Source of the DNA: a virus
DNA length: 64,000 nucleotides
Strand: one strand, 5' to 3'
Virus record (IMG/VR): IMGVR_UViG_3300025276_004419
Span: 66,027-130,026 of that record
Part shown: in pieces, positions 8,542-17,335 of the stretch
Position numbering within the stretch: position 1 is the first letter of the stretch
Layout of the letters: each line of letters starts with the position of its first letter
Program-made: the position numbers and the translations under genes
Notes under the pieces: model-generated
What the model saw: the letters and a program-made list of their open reading frames with translations, nothing else
What the model was told of the DNA's origin: nothing
Database searches by the model: none

Positions 8542-9237
8542 ATGGAAAATAAGCGTAGAAAAATCCACGAACAATTAGAAGTGGTAAAAGAAGGTTTTGC
8601 TAATGGAGTAGCACCTGGTTTCCCCCTTAATGCGGATGAAAAACAAGAAATGATTGATAGAGCAACTATTGCCTATGGTGATTTCCTTACAGCATTAAAA
8701 TGTGATTGGAGAAATGATCCCAATTCAATGGAAACTCCTCGTAGAGTAGCTAAAGCATATGTAAATGATTTATGGGCAGGACGTTATACAGCAATGTCTC
8801 CAATTACATCATTCCCCTCAGATGGTTATGATGGTATAATCATTGAAAGAAATATCCCATTAACTTCAATGTGTTCACATCACCATCAAACAATAAATGG
8901 TGTTGTTCATATTGGATATATAGCAGGTGAAGATGGTCAAGTAATAGGTTTATCTAAACTAAATAGAATAGTAGAATTATTTGGTCGTAGAGGTGCTATT
9001 CAAGAACAACTAACATCAGCTATCCATAATGCTGTAGGAAAAATTACTGAAGGGAACAGAGGAGTAATCGTTACGATTGTTGGGACCCACAATTGTGTAT
9101 CTTGTAGAGGTGTAAAGCACCAAGGAGCAGCAATGGTTACTACTAAAGCATCAGGTGTATTTAGAGAGAACAACAATTTATCACGAAAAGAGTTTTTTGA
9201 TAGTTTAAAAATTAATAACGGAGGACATAATATTTAA
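8542..9237 (+). CDS. folE: GTP cyclohydrolase I FolE
   Basis: ETPRRVAK, SMCSHHH, GLSKLNR, IQEQLT, HNCVSCRGV. Confidence 0.93.
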   Translation: MENKRRKIHEQLEVVKEGFANGVAPGFPLNADEKQEMIDRATIAYGDFLTALKCDWRNDPNSMETPRRVAKAYVNDLWAGRYTAMSPITSFPSDGYDGIIIERNIPLTSMCSHHHQTINGVVHIGYIAGEDGQVIGLSKLNRIVELFGRRGAIQEQLTSAIHNAVGKITEGNRGVIVTIVGTHNCVSCRGVKHQGAAMVTTKASGVFRENNNLSRKEFFDSLKINNGGHNI

Positions 9238-9240
9238 GTT

Positions 9241-10044
9241 ATGGGTATTTATATTTTGATTGGAATATTATATATTCTTTTATTTGGAGCTTTTTACATT
9301 GGGTTTAAAGAATTTAACTCTTTTAAAGAAGATTATTATAAAGATAAAAACTTTAGTTTTACTAAATTTCAAAATTTAGAAGATTTTTATAATAAAACAG
9401 AATCTCAAACTCAAAATATTTCTAAATTAGTAGAGTCTTATAAAGAAGATATTTCTAAAGTTGTAATAGAATATGAAAAACTAAAAATTTCATATGAAAG
9501 TTATATAAAAGATAACCAAAAACAAGTAGAGGCTATAAAAGAAGTTTATAAGAAAGATAATGTAATGGAGACATATCAACATTTATTAAAACTTATGGAC
9601 GAATTCCAAACCCAACAAACTCAACTTGAATCATATTTATCTGATAAGGAGAAAATTCCAAGAATCATAGAAGAATATGAAGATTTAAAACTTTCATATG
9701 AAGACTATATTAAAGATAACAAAAATCAATTAGAAGATATTAAAAAAGTTTACAAAGATGATAAAGTAATGGAGAATTTTCACCATATGCTAGATCTTAT
9801 GGATAAATTCAAAAAAGACCAAGATTCAATGAAGTCTTATCTATCAGATAGTGTTTATAAATTAGAAAAATATCCTGAAAAGAAACATCTTGAATTAAAG
9901 CGAATCCTTAATGTTAATAATTCAAAACTTAAAGAAATAGAAAATATTTTACCTAAGATTCAAGGAGAGATTTTAAAATATCAAAATTATTTTACTAGAG
10001 AACTTTCTTCAATAAAAAATGCATATAATAATAGAATTAAATAA
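9241..10044 (+). CDS. Membrane-anchored coiled-coil protein with 68-aa internal duplication
   Basis: N-terminal TM helix; repeat offset 204 nt (gaatatgaa at 9469 and 9673). Confidence 0.7.
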   Translation: MGIYILIGILYILLFGAFYIGFKEFNSFKEDYYKDKNFSFTKFQNLEDFYNKTESQTQNISKLVESYKEDISKVVIEYEKLKISYESYIKDNQKQVEAIKEVYKKDNVMETYQHLLKLMDEFQTQQTQLESYLSDKEKIPRIIEEYEDLKLSYEDYIKDNKNQLEDIKKVYKDDKVMENFHHMLDLMDKFKKDQDSMKSYLSDSVYKLEKYPEKKHLELKRILNVNNSKLKEIENILPKIQGEILKYQNYFTRELSSIKNAYNNRIK

Positions 10045-10065
10045 TATTTATAATAAAATAAAACC

Positions 10066-11118
10066 ATGATTATTGATATTTTTAATGAGATCCCTTGGCA
10101 ATCTTTTCAAAATTTAGAGTTTATAAAAAAACTCCCTTTAAATGAACAAAAGGAAAAATATGATAAATATATTTCCGAACTTTCATTAGCTAAAGATTTT
10201 CAACTACAATACCAAGTAAAAGGTCCTAGAACTGGAGAAAATCCCCTGGCTTGTACTTCAGGGATGGATGTTATCTTTTGTATTGATTATTCGGGTAGTA
10301 TGGGTACTGCTATTAATAATATCAAAATCTCTATAGCAAGCATTGTTGCAACTATTAAAAGTGAATCACTTGGAGATTATAGATTAGGTTTAGTAATATT
10401 TGATGAATATAGATTTAATCCCCGAGGTACTGACCCAGGTACTCCTCAAGACATTAATTATGCAGAAGACCCTTTAGTCCCTGTATTTACATCAGGTACA
10501 TCTGCAGGAAATTACGGTGGAGATTTAGGTGCCGGTCCAAACATTTGGAATAGCCTACCGGCAGCTCAAAAAGTAGTTACTACAAGATCAACCAATCCAT
10601 CAGTACCCCTAACAGGTGTGTTCCAAGTACTAACTGCAATGGAGGTAATGTCTGATACTAATGAAACCTCATTTACAACCCAATTAAATCTCCTTAACAC
10701 TACAAATTTTCCAATAGGAGGGGGAGGCCTTGCTCAACGTCCTGAACCTGGTGATTTAGCAATTCAAGAAATTATTGATAATAACTTTGCAGGTACTTTT
10801 AGAAACAATGTAGCTAAGGTAATTATCACTATTTCAGATAACTACCCCGGGGGGTTTACAGCAAATTACAGCGAAGTATCAGTATCCCCTAACCCAGTAA
10901 TTGATAGATTAGAAGCGTTAAAAACCACATCAATTGCTCAAAATATCCAACACTTAGCTATGATTGATTTAGACACTGGCATTCCAGACCCAGACCCTAT
11001 GCAACCTAATACTGGGTATAGAATATTAACAGATAATACAGATGGTGAATTTGTTAGTAGTTTTACTCCTACTAATATTATTACAGCAATAGAAAATCTT
11101 TGTGACAATAATGCATAA
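10066..11118 (+). CDS. von Willebrand factor A (vWA) domain protein with shared N-terminal module
   Basis: VIFCIDYSGSMG (MIDAS DxSxS), LGLVIFD, VIITISDNYPG. Confidence 0.8.
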   Translation: MIIDIFNEIPWQSFQNLEFIKKLPLNEQKEKYDKYISELSLAKDFQLQYQVKGPRTGENPLACTSGMDVIFCIDYSGSMGTAINNIKISIASIVATIKSESLGDYRLGLVIFDEYRFNPRGTDPGTPQDINYAEDPLVPVFTSGTSAGNYGGDLGAGPNIWNSLPAAQKVVTTRSTNPSVPLTGVFQVLTAMEVMSDTNETSFTTQLNLLNTTNFPIGGGGLAQRPEPGDLAIQEIIDNNFAGTFRNNVAKVIITISDNYPGGFTANYSEVSVSPNPVIDRLEALKTTSIAQNIQHLAMIDLDTGIPDPDPMQPNTGYRILTDNTDGEFVSSFTPTNIITAIENLCDNNA

Positions 11119-11143
11119 AAAATAAACAAAATTAAATCTTAAA

Positions 11144-11175
11144 CTAGGAGAGCCGAAAGGCTCTCCGTATATTTA
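11144..11175 (+). promoter_or_regulatory. Promoter with perfect hairpin in spacer
   Basis: CTAG-N20-TATATTTA; GGAGAGCC-GAAA-GGCTCTCC at 11147-11166. Confidence 0.7.
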
Positions 11176-11198
11176 CGTTATATAAAAATGATATAGTT

Positions 11199-11399
11199 AT
11201 GAGTTATTGGACAGGAAAAGTCGTTATCAAAACAGAAGATGAACGCGGTAAAGTTAAAAAAACAACAGAACAATTTCTAATTGATGCTGAATCAGCAACC
11301 GAAGCTGAGGTAAAGATTTATAAGGAATATGAGGGTTGGAATGGTGAGTTTGAAATTATGGGAGTTAATAAGTCTCGTATTATTAAAATCTTGGCATAA
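11199..11399 (+). CDS. Hypothetical protein
   Basis: 66-aa ORF after promoter. Confidence 0.75.
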   Translation: MSYWTGKVVIKTEDERGKVKKTTEQFLIDAESATEAEVKIYKEYEGWNGEFEIMGVNKSRIIKILA

Positions 11400-12016
11400 T
11401 GAGTAGTTTTAAAGAAGAAGTAGAACTAGAACTACTTAGTAGTTTAGGTTTACTAAGTTCCCTTAGAGACCGAGACCAATTATCAATGGTCCCAGAACAT
11501 GAATGGGCTGAAGTAGTATCACAACGTATAGCTGATAAGTTTAAGGGTAGGTACGTTCCTTTTGTAAGCGAAGTAGAAGAGTTTAACGCAACAATGGGAA
11601 AACCTAATAATTATGAGCCTATCATACCTGAAAACAAAGCTGAGTGGATGTTTGTTTACGACTTCATTCTCGAAGAGCTTGAGGAATATAAAGCTGCCTG
11701 TGAAGCAGGCGATATTGTTGAGGTTCTTGACGCTTTATGTGACATTGCCTATGTCTCGATTGGTAACGGAGCTATGCTTCATGGTCTTAAGGATAAACTA
11801 TGGGATGCTTATCAGGAAGTCCAAGCCTCAAATATGTCAAAGGCTTGTGTGGACGAAAAGGAGGCACAAGAAACGGTTCAAAGACGTTCTAAAGAGCAGA
11901 ATGAACCTTGTCACTACGAGAAGGTTGGAGACTATTATATTGTCTATAGAACACGTGATAGAAAAGTAATGAAAAATGTTAATTACTTCCGTCCTGATCT
12001 AAAACAATTCTTTTAA
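11399..12016 (+). CDS. MazG-like / all-alpha NTP pyrophosphohydrolase
   Basis: FILEELEEY...EVLDALCDIAYV, EVQASNMSK. Confidence 0.85.
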   Translation: MSSFKEEVELELLSSLGLLSSLRDRDQLSMVPEHEWAEVVSQRIADKFKGRYVPFVSEVEEFNATMGKPNNYEPIIPENKAEWMFVYDFILEELEEYKAACEAGDIVEVLDALCDIAYVSIGNGAMLHGLKDKLWDAYQEVQASNMSKACVDEKEAQETVQRRSKEQNEPCHYEKVGDYYIVYRTRDRKVMKNVNYFRPDLKQFF

Positions 12017-13806
12017 TGTATAAAAAGTGTTATCAAGGTAAAAAATTAGACCATAATTTGTATGAAATGCATTTATGGGAAGATGATGGTGAACATCAGG
12101 TAGTTGAATATAAGAATAAATCTTATGTTAACTGCATCCCTGCAGAGTCTACCCTTAAAGGTCTAAATGGTGAGTTTGTAAAACCTATTACAAATTGGCG
12201 TTTTTCTAAAAACCCAATGTATAAGGACAAAAATACACCTGGATTACACTTTCATGATATGCCTGCTTATCAAAAGTTTCTTATTGAAAAATACGGAATT
12301 AATGATGAACCTTCGACAGGGCACCGAGAAGTCTTTTTCGATATCGAAATTGAGATGGGAGGTGCCCTGACTGAAGAATATATAGAAGATGCTCCAAAAC
12401 CTGTTACCTCTATTGCTTGGTATAACTTACCTACAGATGAATGGGCAATTATTATTTTAGATAAAAAAGGACAACTCAATCGTACTAAAGCAAAAAACAA
12501 AGAGATAATCCCCGTCAAAACTGAGAAGGAATTACTCCAAACTTTTGTTAAACGATTTAAAGAACTAAACCCAGATATTATAATTGGGTGGAATAGTGAT
12601 TATTTTGATATCCCTTATCTATATTATAGAATTGAGAAAGTCTTAAATAAAAGAATAGCAAATTCACTATCACCTTTAGGAATTGTTAAAACCAAAAAAT
12701 CAGCCAAATATAAAGACCAAGAAACAGGTGAAATAAAGGCTAGGTGGTATAAGCAAGATATGTTTGTAGACATTGTAGGTGTTGAGTCTTTAGATTATAT
12801 GAGAGTTCATAAAAAGTTTAGCTTTAGAGACGAACCATCATATAAATTAGATGTTATTGGTGAAAAGTATACTGGATTAAATAAAATCGAGTATGAAGGT
12901 AATTTAGATAACTTATTTGAAGATGATATCCATAAGTTTATTCAATATAACTTCCGTGATGTTGAAATTCTCAAATTATTAGATGAAAAGTTAGATTACT
13001 TAGCACTCATTAAAAACCTAGCACATAAAGGTAAGCACAATTATAGTGAGGTATATGCCAATACTAAAACACAAGATGGTGCTATTTCAGCTTATTTATT
13101 AAGTGAAGGAATTGCTCCACCTGCTCGTGATCCAAACCCAATTAATAAAAAGAACTATGCTGGTGGGTATTTATTTTGCCCTACAGCAGGTATTTTTAAC
13201 TATATGTTTGATGAGGATTTAACTTCACTATACCCTTCAATTATTATGTCTTTAAATATTGGTAAGGAAACCTTAGTAGGAAGAATTATTATACCTGATG
13301 AAAAGGTAATGGTTGAAAATAAAGAGATCTTCAATTGTAGATATGGTTTAAACGATCTAAAGAAGATGGATCAAGACCGCTCTGTATTAGTCCAAAATGC
13401 TAAACGTAGTAATACTAACATCAAAATCCCAGATTTAATTGATTTAATTGAAAGCGAAAATCTATCAGTATCAGCTAATGGAGTAATGTTTAGAACAGAT
13501 TTTGATTCGGTTTTATCTACTATTCTAAACAAATGGTTTAATGAAAGGGTAGTATTTAAAAACCAAATGAAAAAAGCCTATAAAGAGGGTAATAAAGAAT
13601 TAGGTGAATTAATGCACTTAAAGCAACACACAATGAAAATTTTGCTAAATAGCTTGTATGGTGCAACTGCTCTTGGTAGCTTCCGATATGGTAATGTAAT
13701 TTTATCAGAAGCAATCACATTATCCGGGCAACGTATTATCCAAGAATCAGCATCATTTGCTAATAAACATATGAACCAAGTAATGAGAGGAGAAATAGAA
13801 TTATGA
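12016..13806 (+). CDS. Family B DNA polymerase, N-terminal subunit (3'-5' exonuclease, motifs A and B)
   Basis: FFDIE (ExoI), GWNSDYFDIPY (ExoII), YNFRD (ExoIII), DLTSLYPSII (A), KILLNSLYG (B); motif C absent. Confidence 0.93.
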   Translation: MYKKCYQGKKLDHNLYEMHLWEDDGEHQVVEYKNKSYVNCIPAESTLKGLNGEFVKPITNWRFSKNPMYKDKNTPGLHFHDMPAYQKFLIEKYGINDEPSTGHREVFFDIEIEMGGALTEEYIEDAPKPVTSIAWYNLPTDEWAIIILDKKGQLNRTKAKNKEIIPVKTEKELLQTFVKRFKELNPDIIIGWNSDYFDIPYLYYRIEKVLNKRIANSLSPLGIVKTKKSAKYKDQETGEIKARWYKQDMFVDIVGVESLDYMRVHKKFSFRDEPSYKLDVIGEKYTGLNKIEYEGNLDNLFEDDIHKFIQYNFRDVEILKLLDEKLDYLALIKNLAHKGKHNYSEVYANTKTQDGAISAYLLSEGIAPPARDPNPINKKNYAGGYLFCPTAGIFNYMFDEDLTSLYPSIIMSLNIGKETLVGRIIIPDEKVMVENKEIFNCRYGLNDLKKMDQDRSVLVQNAKRSNTNIKIPDLIDLIESENLSVSANGVMFRTDFDSVLSTILNKWFNERVVFKNQMKKAYKEGNKELGELMHLKQHTMKILLNSLYGATALGSFRYGNVILSEAITLSGQRIIQESASFANKHMNQVMRGEIEL

Positions 13807-14258
13807 AAGAGGTAGAACACCAAACCTATAAAGACAACCGTGGGAGTTACACACCGTTTCCATTAAATATAATGGATACTAAATGGGACCAATGTTCTAT
13901 AAGTACAAATGATGGTAGGTATACATTTAGAGGAATGCATTACCAAACCCACCCACCTCAGGAAAAATATGTTAAGGTAATACGTGGTTCTATTATTGAC
14001 ATTGGTTATGATTTATTTACTAATAAAACATTCAGCCAAGAAATACATGAAGGTAATGCTGCATACCTACATAAAGATTATGCTCATGGGTTTTTAACTC
14101 TAGAACCTGATACTATTGTAGTTTATTTAGTTAAAGGTGAATATTCACCTGAATCCGAACATTCTATTGTATGGCAATCTCTCCCTGAAGTAAAAACATT
14201 AATAGAAAATTATACTAATAACCCTATTATCTCTAAAAAAGATGCCAAAGGAAAATAA
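13803..14258 (+). CDS. rmlC: dTDP-4-dehydrorhamnose 3,5-epimerase-like cupin
   Basis: DNRGSY, FRGMHYQ, KYVKVIRGSIID, YAHGFLTL, YSPESE. Confidence 0.85.
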   Translation: MKEVEHQTYKDNRGSYTPFPLNIMDTKWDQCSISTNDGRYTFRGMHYQTHPPQEKYVKVIRGSIIDIGYDLFTNKTFSQEIHEGNAAYLHKDYAHGFLTLEPDTIVVYLVKGEYSPESEHSIVWQSLPEVKTLIENYTNNPIISKKDAKGK

Positions 14259-14267
14259 ATTAACATT

Positions 14268-14516
14268 ATGATTACAAGACAAGCAATTAGAAAAGGAGTT
14301 ATAGTCGAGTGTGAAGGTAAAATCCTAACCAAAGATGAAATAGTTAGTATGGGGGAAAATTGGAGTGAACATTCCGAAATGTTCTTTCGTAAAATGTTGA
14401 GACAAGGAGGTAAATTTACTCTTAAAGGATCATCATTCCGTATTTTCGCACCTGAACAATTAACTAATAGTAAAGGTGATGTAGAAGCACCATTGAAAGA
14501 AAGTGAAGAAGAATGA
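14268..14516 (+). CDS. Hypothetical protein inside the polymerase split
   Basis: 82-aa ORF, ATGA overlap with polymerase C-terminal gene. Confidence 0.75.
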   Translation: MITRQAIRKGVIVECEGKILTKDEIVSMGENWSEHSEMFFRKMLRQGGKFTLKGSSFRIFAPEQLTNSKGDVEAPLKESEEE

Positions 14517-15442
14517 ACCACTTAGAAAGTACACCTTGGTTTATATGTAATAAAGAAGATACAAACTACTGCGTTTATGTAGATACTGATTCTAATTATT
14601 ACAATGCTGAACCTATGCTTAGGCATCTTTACCCTAACTTTGATGAAATGTCTGAAGAGGAAAGAGATGTGAAACTTGAGGAAGTAGCTTTAAAATACCA
14701 AGATTTAATTACTAAATCCTATAACACATTAGCATTAGAGGCATTCAATATTAAAACACACAGATTTGATATGAAAACCGAGTGTATGATTCGTGCTGGG
14801 TATTTTAGAGCACCTCGACGTTATGCTCAATGGATCACTAAAAAAGAAGGAGTACCTACTGATGATTTAGATATTAAAGGGTTAGAATTTATGAAATCTA
14901 ATTACCCTAAAATATTTGGAAATTTCTTTAAAGGTATATTACAGAAAGTAATTAAAGGTGCCCCTCAAGATGAAATAGATACTTTATTGAAGGATTTTAG
15001 AACCAAAATATTATCCCCAGATACTAACCTTACTATCTTAGGTAATCCCACTCGTGTAAAAACACTAGAAAAATATTTAGCTTCCCCACCACGCCCAGGA
15101 GAAATGTTTTCTTCTATTAATCAAGGTGCTCCTGCTCCTGTAAAGGCAGCTATTAAATATAATGATTTACTTACATTCTGGAAGTTAGATAAGCAGCATT
15201 CTAAAATTACTCAAGGTGATAAAATTAAGTGGATTTATCTAAAAGAAAATCCATATAAAATTGAAGCACTTGCGTTTTTAGATTTTGATATACCAGAAAA
15301 GATCACTATATTATTGGATAAGTATGCTGATAAGAATAGGGCATTTGAATCTATTTTAGAAAGCAAATTAATGGGATTTTATAATGATTTAGGTTGGGAA
15401 TTAAATATGAACCCTTACCGAAATTTAATTTTTAATTTTTAA
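14513..15442 (+). CDS. Family B DNA polymerase, C-terminal subunit (motif C, palm/thumb)
   Basis: CVYVDTDSNY (motif C), RRYA, LDIKGLEF. Confidence 0.92.
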   Translation: MNHLESTPWFICNKEDTNYCVYVDTDSNYYNAEPMLRHLYPNFDEMSEEERDVKLEEVALKYQDLITKSYNTLALEAFNIKTHRFDMKTECMIRAGYFRAPRRYAQWITKKEGVPTDDLDIKGLEFMKSNYPKIFGNFFKGILQKVIKGAPQDEIDTLLKDFRTKILSPDTNLTILGNPTRVKTLEKYLASPPRPGEMFSSINQGAPAPVKAAIKYNDLLTFWKLDKQHSKITQGDKIKWIYLKENPYKIEALAFLDFDIPEKITILLDKYADKNRAFESILESKLMGFYNDLGWELNMNPYRNLIFNF

Positions 15443-15443
15443 T

Positions 15444-16184
15444 ATGATAAGCAAACACGACTTACAATCAGTTATTGGAAAATATCACCTAAATGGGTTA
15501 GTTGAATCCGTTAAATGGACCATTGAAGATAACGCGTTAAATATCGATTTCCAATCGCCCAATAAGGACATGATTGGACGCGTTAATCATGCAGATTTTC
15601 CGCTAGAAGATGGCGAAATGGCGGTGTATGATACTTCTAAATTGAATAAATTACTAGGAGTTACTAGTGGGGAATTATTTTTGGAGTTAGAAAAAACACA
15701 AAAAGTGTTTACTAAACTCATCATCTCAGATATGAATTATACTCTGAATTTCTCATTAACTGATTTACTACTTATCTCAAGTGTAGGTGAAATTACTGAA
15801 TCAGGTGAATATGAGATTATTAGTGAGTTAGATTCAGAAAGTATTAGTGCCATTATTAAAGCACATAACGCACTCGAAAGTGATAATGTAATAGTTAACA
15901 TTGATAAAGATTTAGATTTACAAGATGTTTTAGTTTTGTCATTTGGTGATGTTTCTAATCATACAAACAAAATCGATTATCAGGTACCTAACACTACTTT
16001 AAACCATGTTCCTTATGGAACTGAATTGCCTTTCAACTCGGCAATGTTTAAATCAATACTTAATAATAATAAAGATGCTACTAAAGCAACTATGAAATTT
16101 AATACTAAAGGATATGTTAAATTCGAATTCGAAGGTGAAAATTGGAGTAGTTTTTATTATGTTGTGCGGAAGGCAGATATTTAA
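15444..16184 (+). CDS. DNA polymerase sliding clamp (gp45/PCNA-like)
   Basis: 246 aa, position after polymerase, MAVYDTSKL and FEFE...FYYVVR pattern typical of phage clamps. Confidence 0.75.
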   Translation: MISKHDLQSVIGKYHLNGLVESVKWTIEDNALNIDFQSPNKDMIGRVNHADFPLEDGEMAVYDTSKLNKLLGVTSGELFLELEKTQKVFTKLIISDMNYTLNFSLTDLLLISSVGEITESGEYEIISELDSESISAIIKAHNALESDNVIVNIDKDLDLQDVLVLSFGDVSNHTNKIDYQVPNTTLNHVPYGTELPFNSAMFKSILNNNKDATKATMKFNTKGYVKFEFEGENWSSFYYVVRKADI

Positions 16185-16199
16185 TATATGTATGGCAAA

Positions 16200-16259
16200 G
16201 TAACATTGTAGCTAGGGCACGTTGTTACGTTTTTAATTAATCGAGTAGCTCAGGCACTC
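16200..16259 (+). promoter_or_regulatory. Tandem bulged-A hairpins in hsp20 leader
   Basis: GTAGCT-NN-GGCAC at 16208 and 16245, each topping a separate stem. Confidence 0.55.
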
Positions 16260-16273
16260 ACAAAATAAATGAT

Positions 16274-16690
16274 ATGAGTACATTAAACCCGTACGAACGT
16301 TCTCCGTTCGACATTCTATTTAGAAACTTCTTCAATACCGAAGATCAATTCGCTCCAGCGTTAAATTCTAAACAACCCCACCCACTTAATATTTACTACA
16401 ACGACGAAGGTTTACACTTCGAAGTCGCTTGTACTGGTCTTATTAAAGAAGACCTTAATATTAACGTAGAAGGTGATTTACTAAAAATCAGCTATCAAAA
16501 ACCAGATGAAGAAACTGATTTTTCAGGTTATATTTATCATGGTCTATCCAAAAAGTCATTCGACTTAGGATATAAAATCTCTCCAAAGTTTAATTTGAAT
16601 AAAATTAATGCTGAAATGGAAAATGGACTTTTAAAACTCTATATTCCAACATCAGATGAGGCTAAATCAAAATCAATTAAAATAAAATAA
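16274..16690 (+). CDS. Small heat shock protein (Hsp20/alpha-crystallin)
   Basis: PLNIY, EVACTG, INVEGDLLKI, AEMENGLLKLYIP. Confidence 0.92.
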   Translation: MSTLNPYERSPFDILFRNFFNTEDQFAPALNSKQPHPLNIYYNDEGLHFEVACTGLIKEDLNINVEGDLLKISYQKPDEETDFSGYIYHGLSKKSFDLGYKISPKFNLNKINAEMENGLLKLYIPTSDEAKSKSIKIK

Positions 16691-16707
16691 AAGTTTTACC
16701 AAAAAAG

Positions 16708-16739
16708 CGTGTCCTAGCGCAATACCTTTCGTATATTCA
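16708..16739 (+). promoter_or_regulatory. Bacteroidota-type promoter
   Basis: CGTG-N20-TATATTCA. Confidence 0.7.
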
Positions 16740-16763
16740 CGGTATAATAATAAATAAACAGTT

Positions 16764-17045
16764 ATGGCTAAGCCCAGCAAATCAAATTTACGTTTTATTA
16801 AGGATCCAATATTGACTCCTTATTACATCCAATTAGATGACCATTGTTACATTGCTCAGAAATCAACATATTCTGAAGCAGGGCATGAGTATCAAAATAC
16901 CATTGGACATTACCAAAAACTTGGTACTTGTTTAGAAGCTATAGCACGCGATGGTGCTAAATCCCAAGGTTATGATACTCTACGTGAATTCGTAGAACGT
17001 TTTGAAGCAAAATCACAAGAACTAATAAATATAATTAAATTATGA
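16764..17045 (+). CDS. Hypothetical protein
   Basis: 93-aa ORF leading the groES-groEL operon. Confidence 0.75.
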   Translation: MAKPSKSNLRFIKDPILTPYYIQLDDHCYIAQKSTYSEAGHEYQNTIGHYQKLGTCLEAIARDGAKSQGYDTLREFVERFEAKSQELINIIKL

Positions 17046-17335
17046 TCGAAGCATTATATAATGCGGTTATCGTTAAACCGGTAGAAGTAGAAGAAACAAA
17101 GTATGGAAACATTGTAGTTCCAGATTTGGGAAATGAAACAAACAAAACAGGACAAGTAGTAGGAGTAGGCCCAGGTCATATGAATATGGGAACCTTTGTT
17201 CCAACTCAACTCCAAGTAAATGATATTGTAATATTACCTACAATGGGATTTACAAAATTCGAGTATGAGAGCGAAACATACTGGATTGGAAAAGAAAACG
17301 AAGTTTTAGCAAAAATAAATAAAAACGATGAGTAA
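17042..17335 (+). CDS. groES: Co-chaperonin GroES
   Basis: VIVKP, TKYGNIVVPD, GQVVGVGPG, ENEVLA. Confidence 0.93.
   Translation: MIEALYNAVIVKPVEVEETKYGNIVVPDLGNETNKTGQVVGVGPGHMNMGTFVPTQLQVNDIVILPTMGFTKFEYESETYWIGKENEVLAKINKNDE

Noticed and set aside
13807-14512. Intron, intein or homing element splitting the polymerase
   Set aside because: The gap holds rmlC and a small ORF with ATGA coupling; no intein N/C-terminal motifs or endonuclease seen, and no group I core recognised by eye (RT-PCR would be decisive)
16243-16259. CIRCE or HAIR heat-shock operator
   Set aside because: GAGT-N9-ACTC matches neither TTAGCACTC-N9-GAGTGCTAA nor CTTGAGT-N7-ACTCAAG
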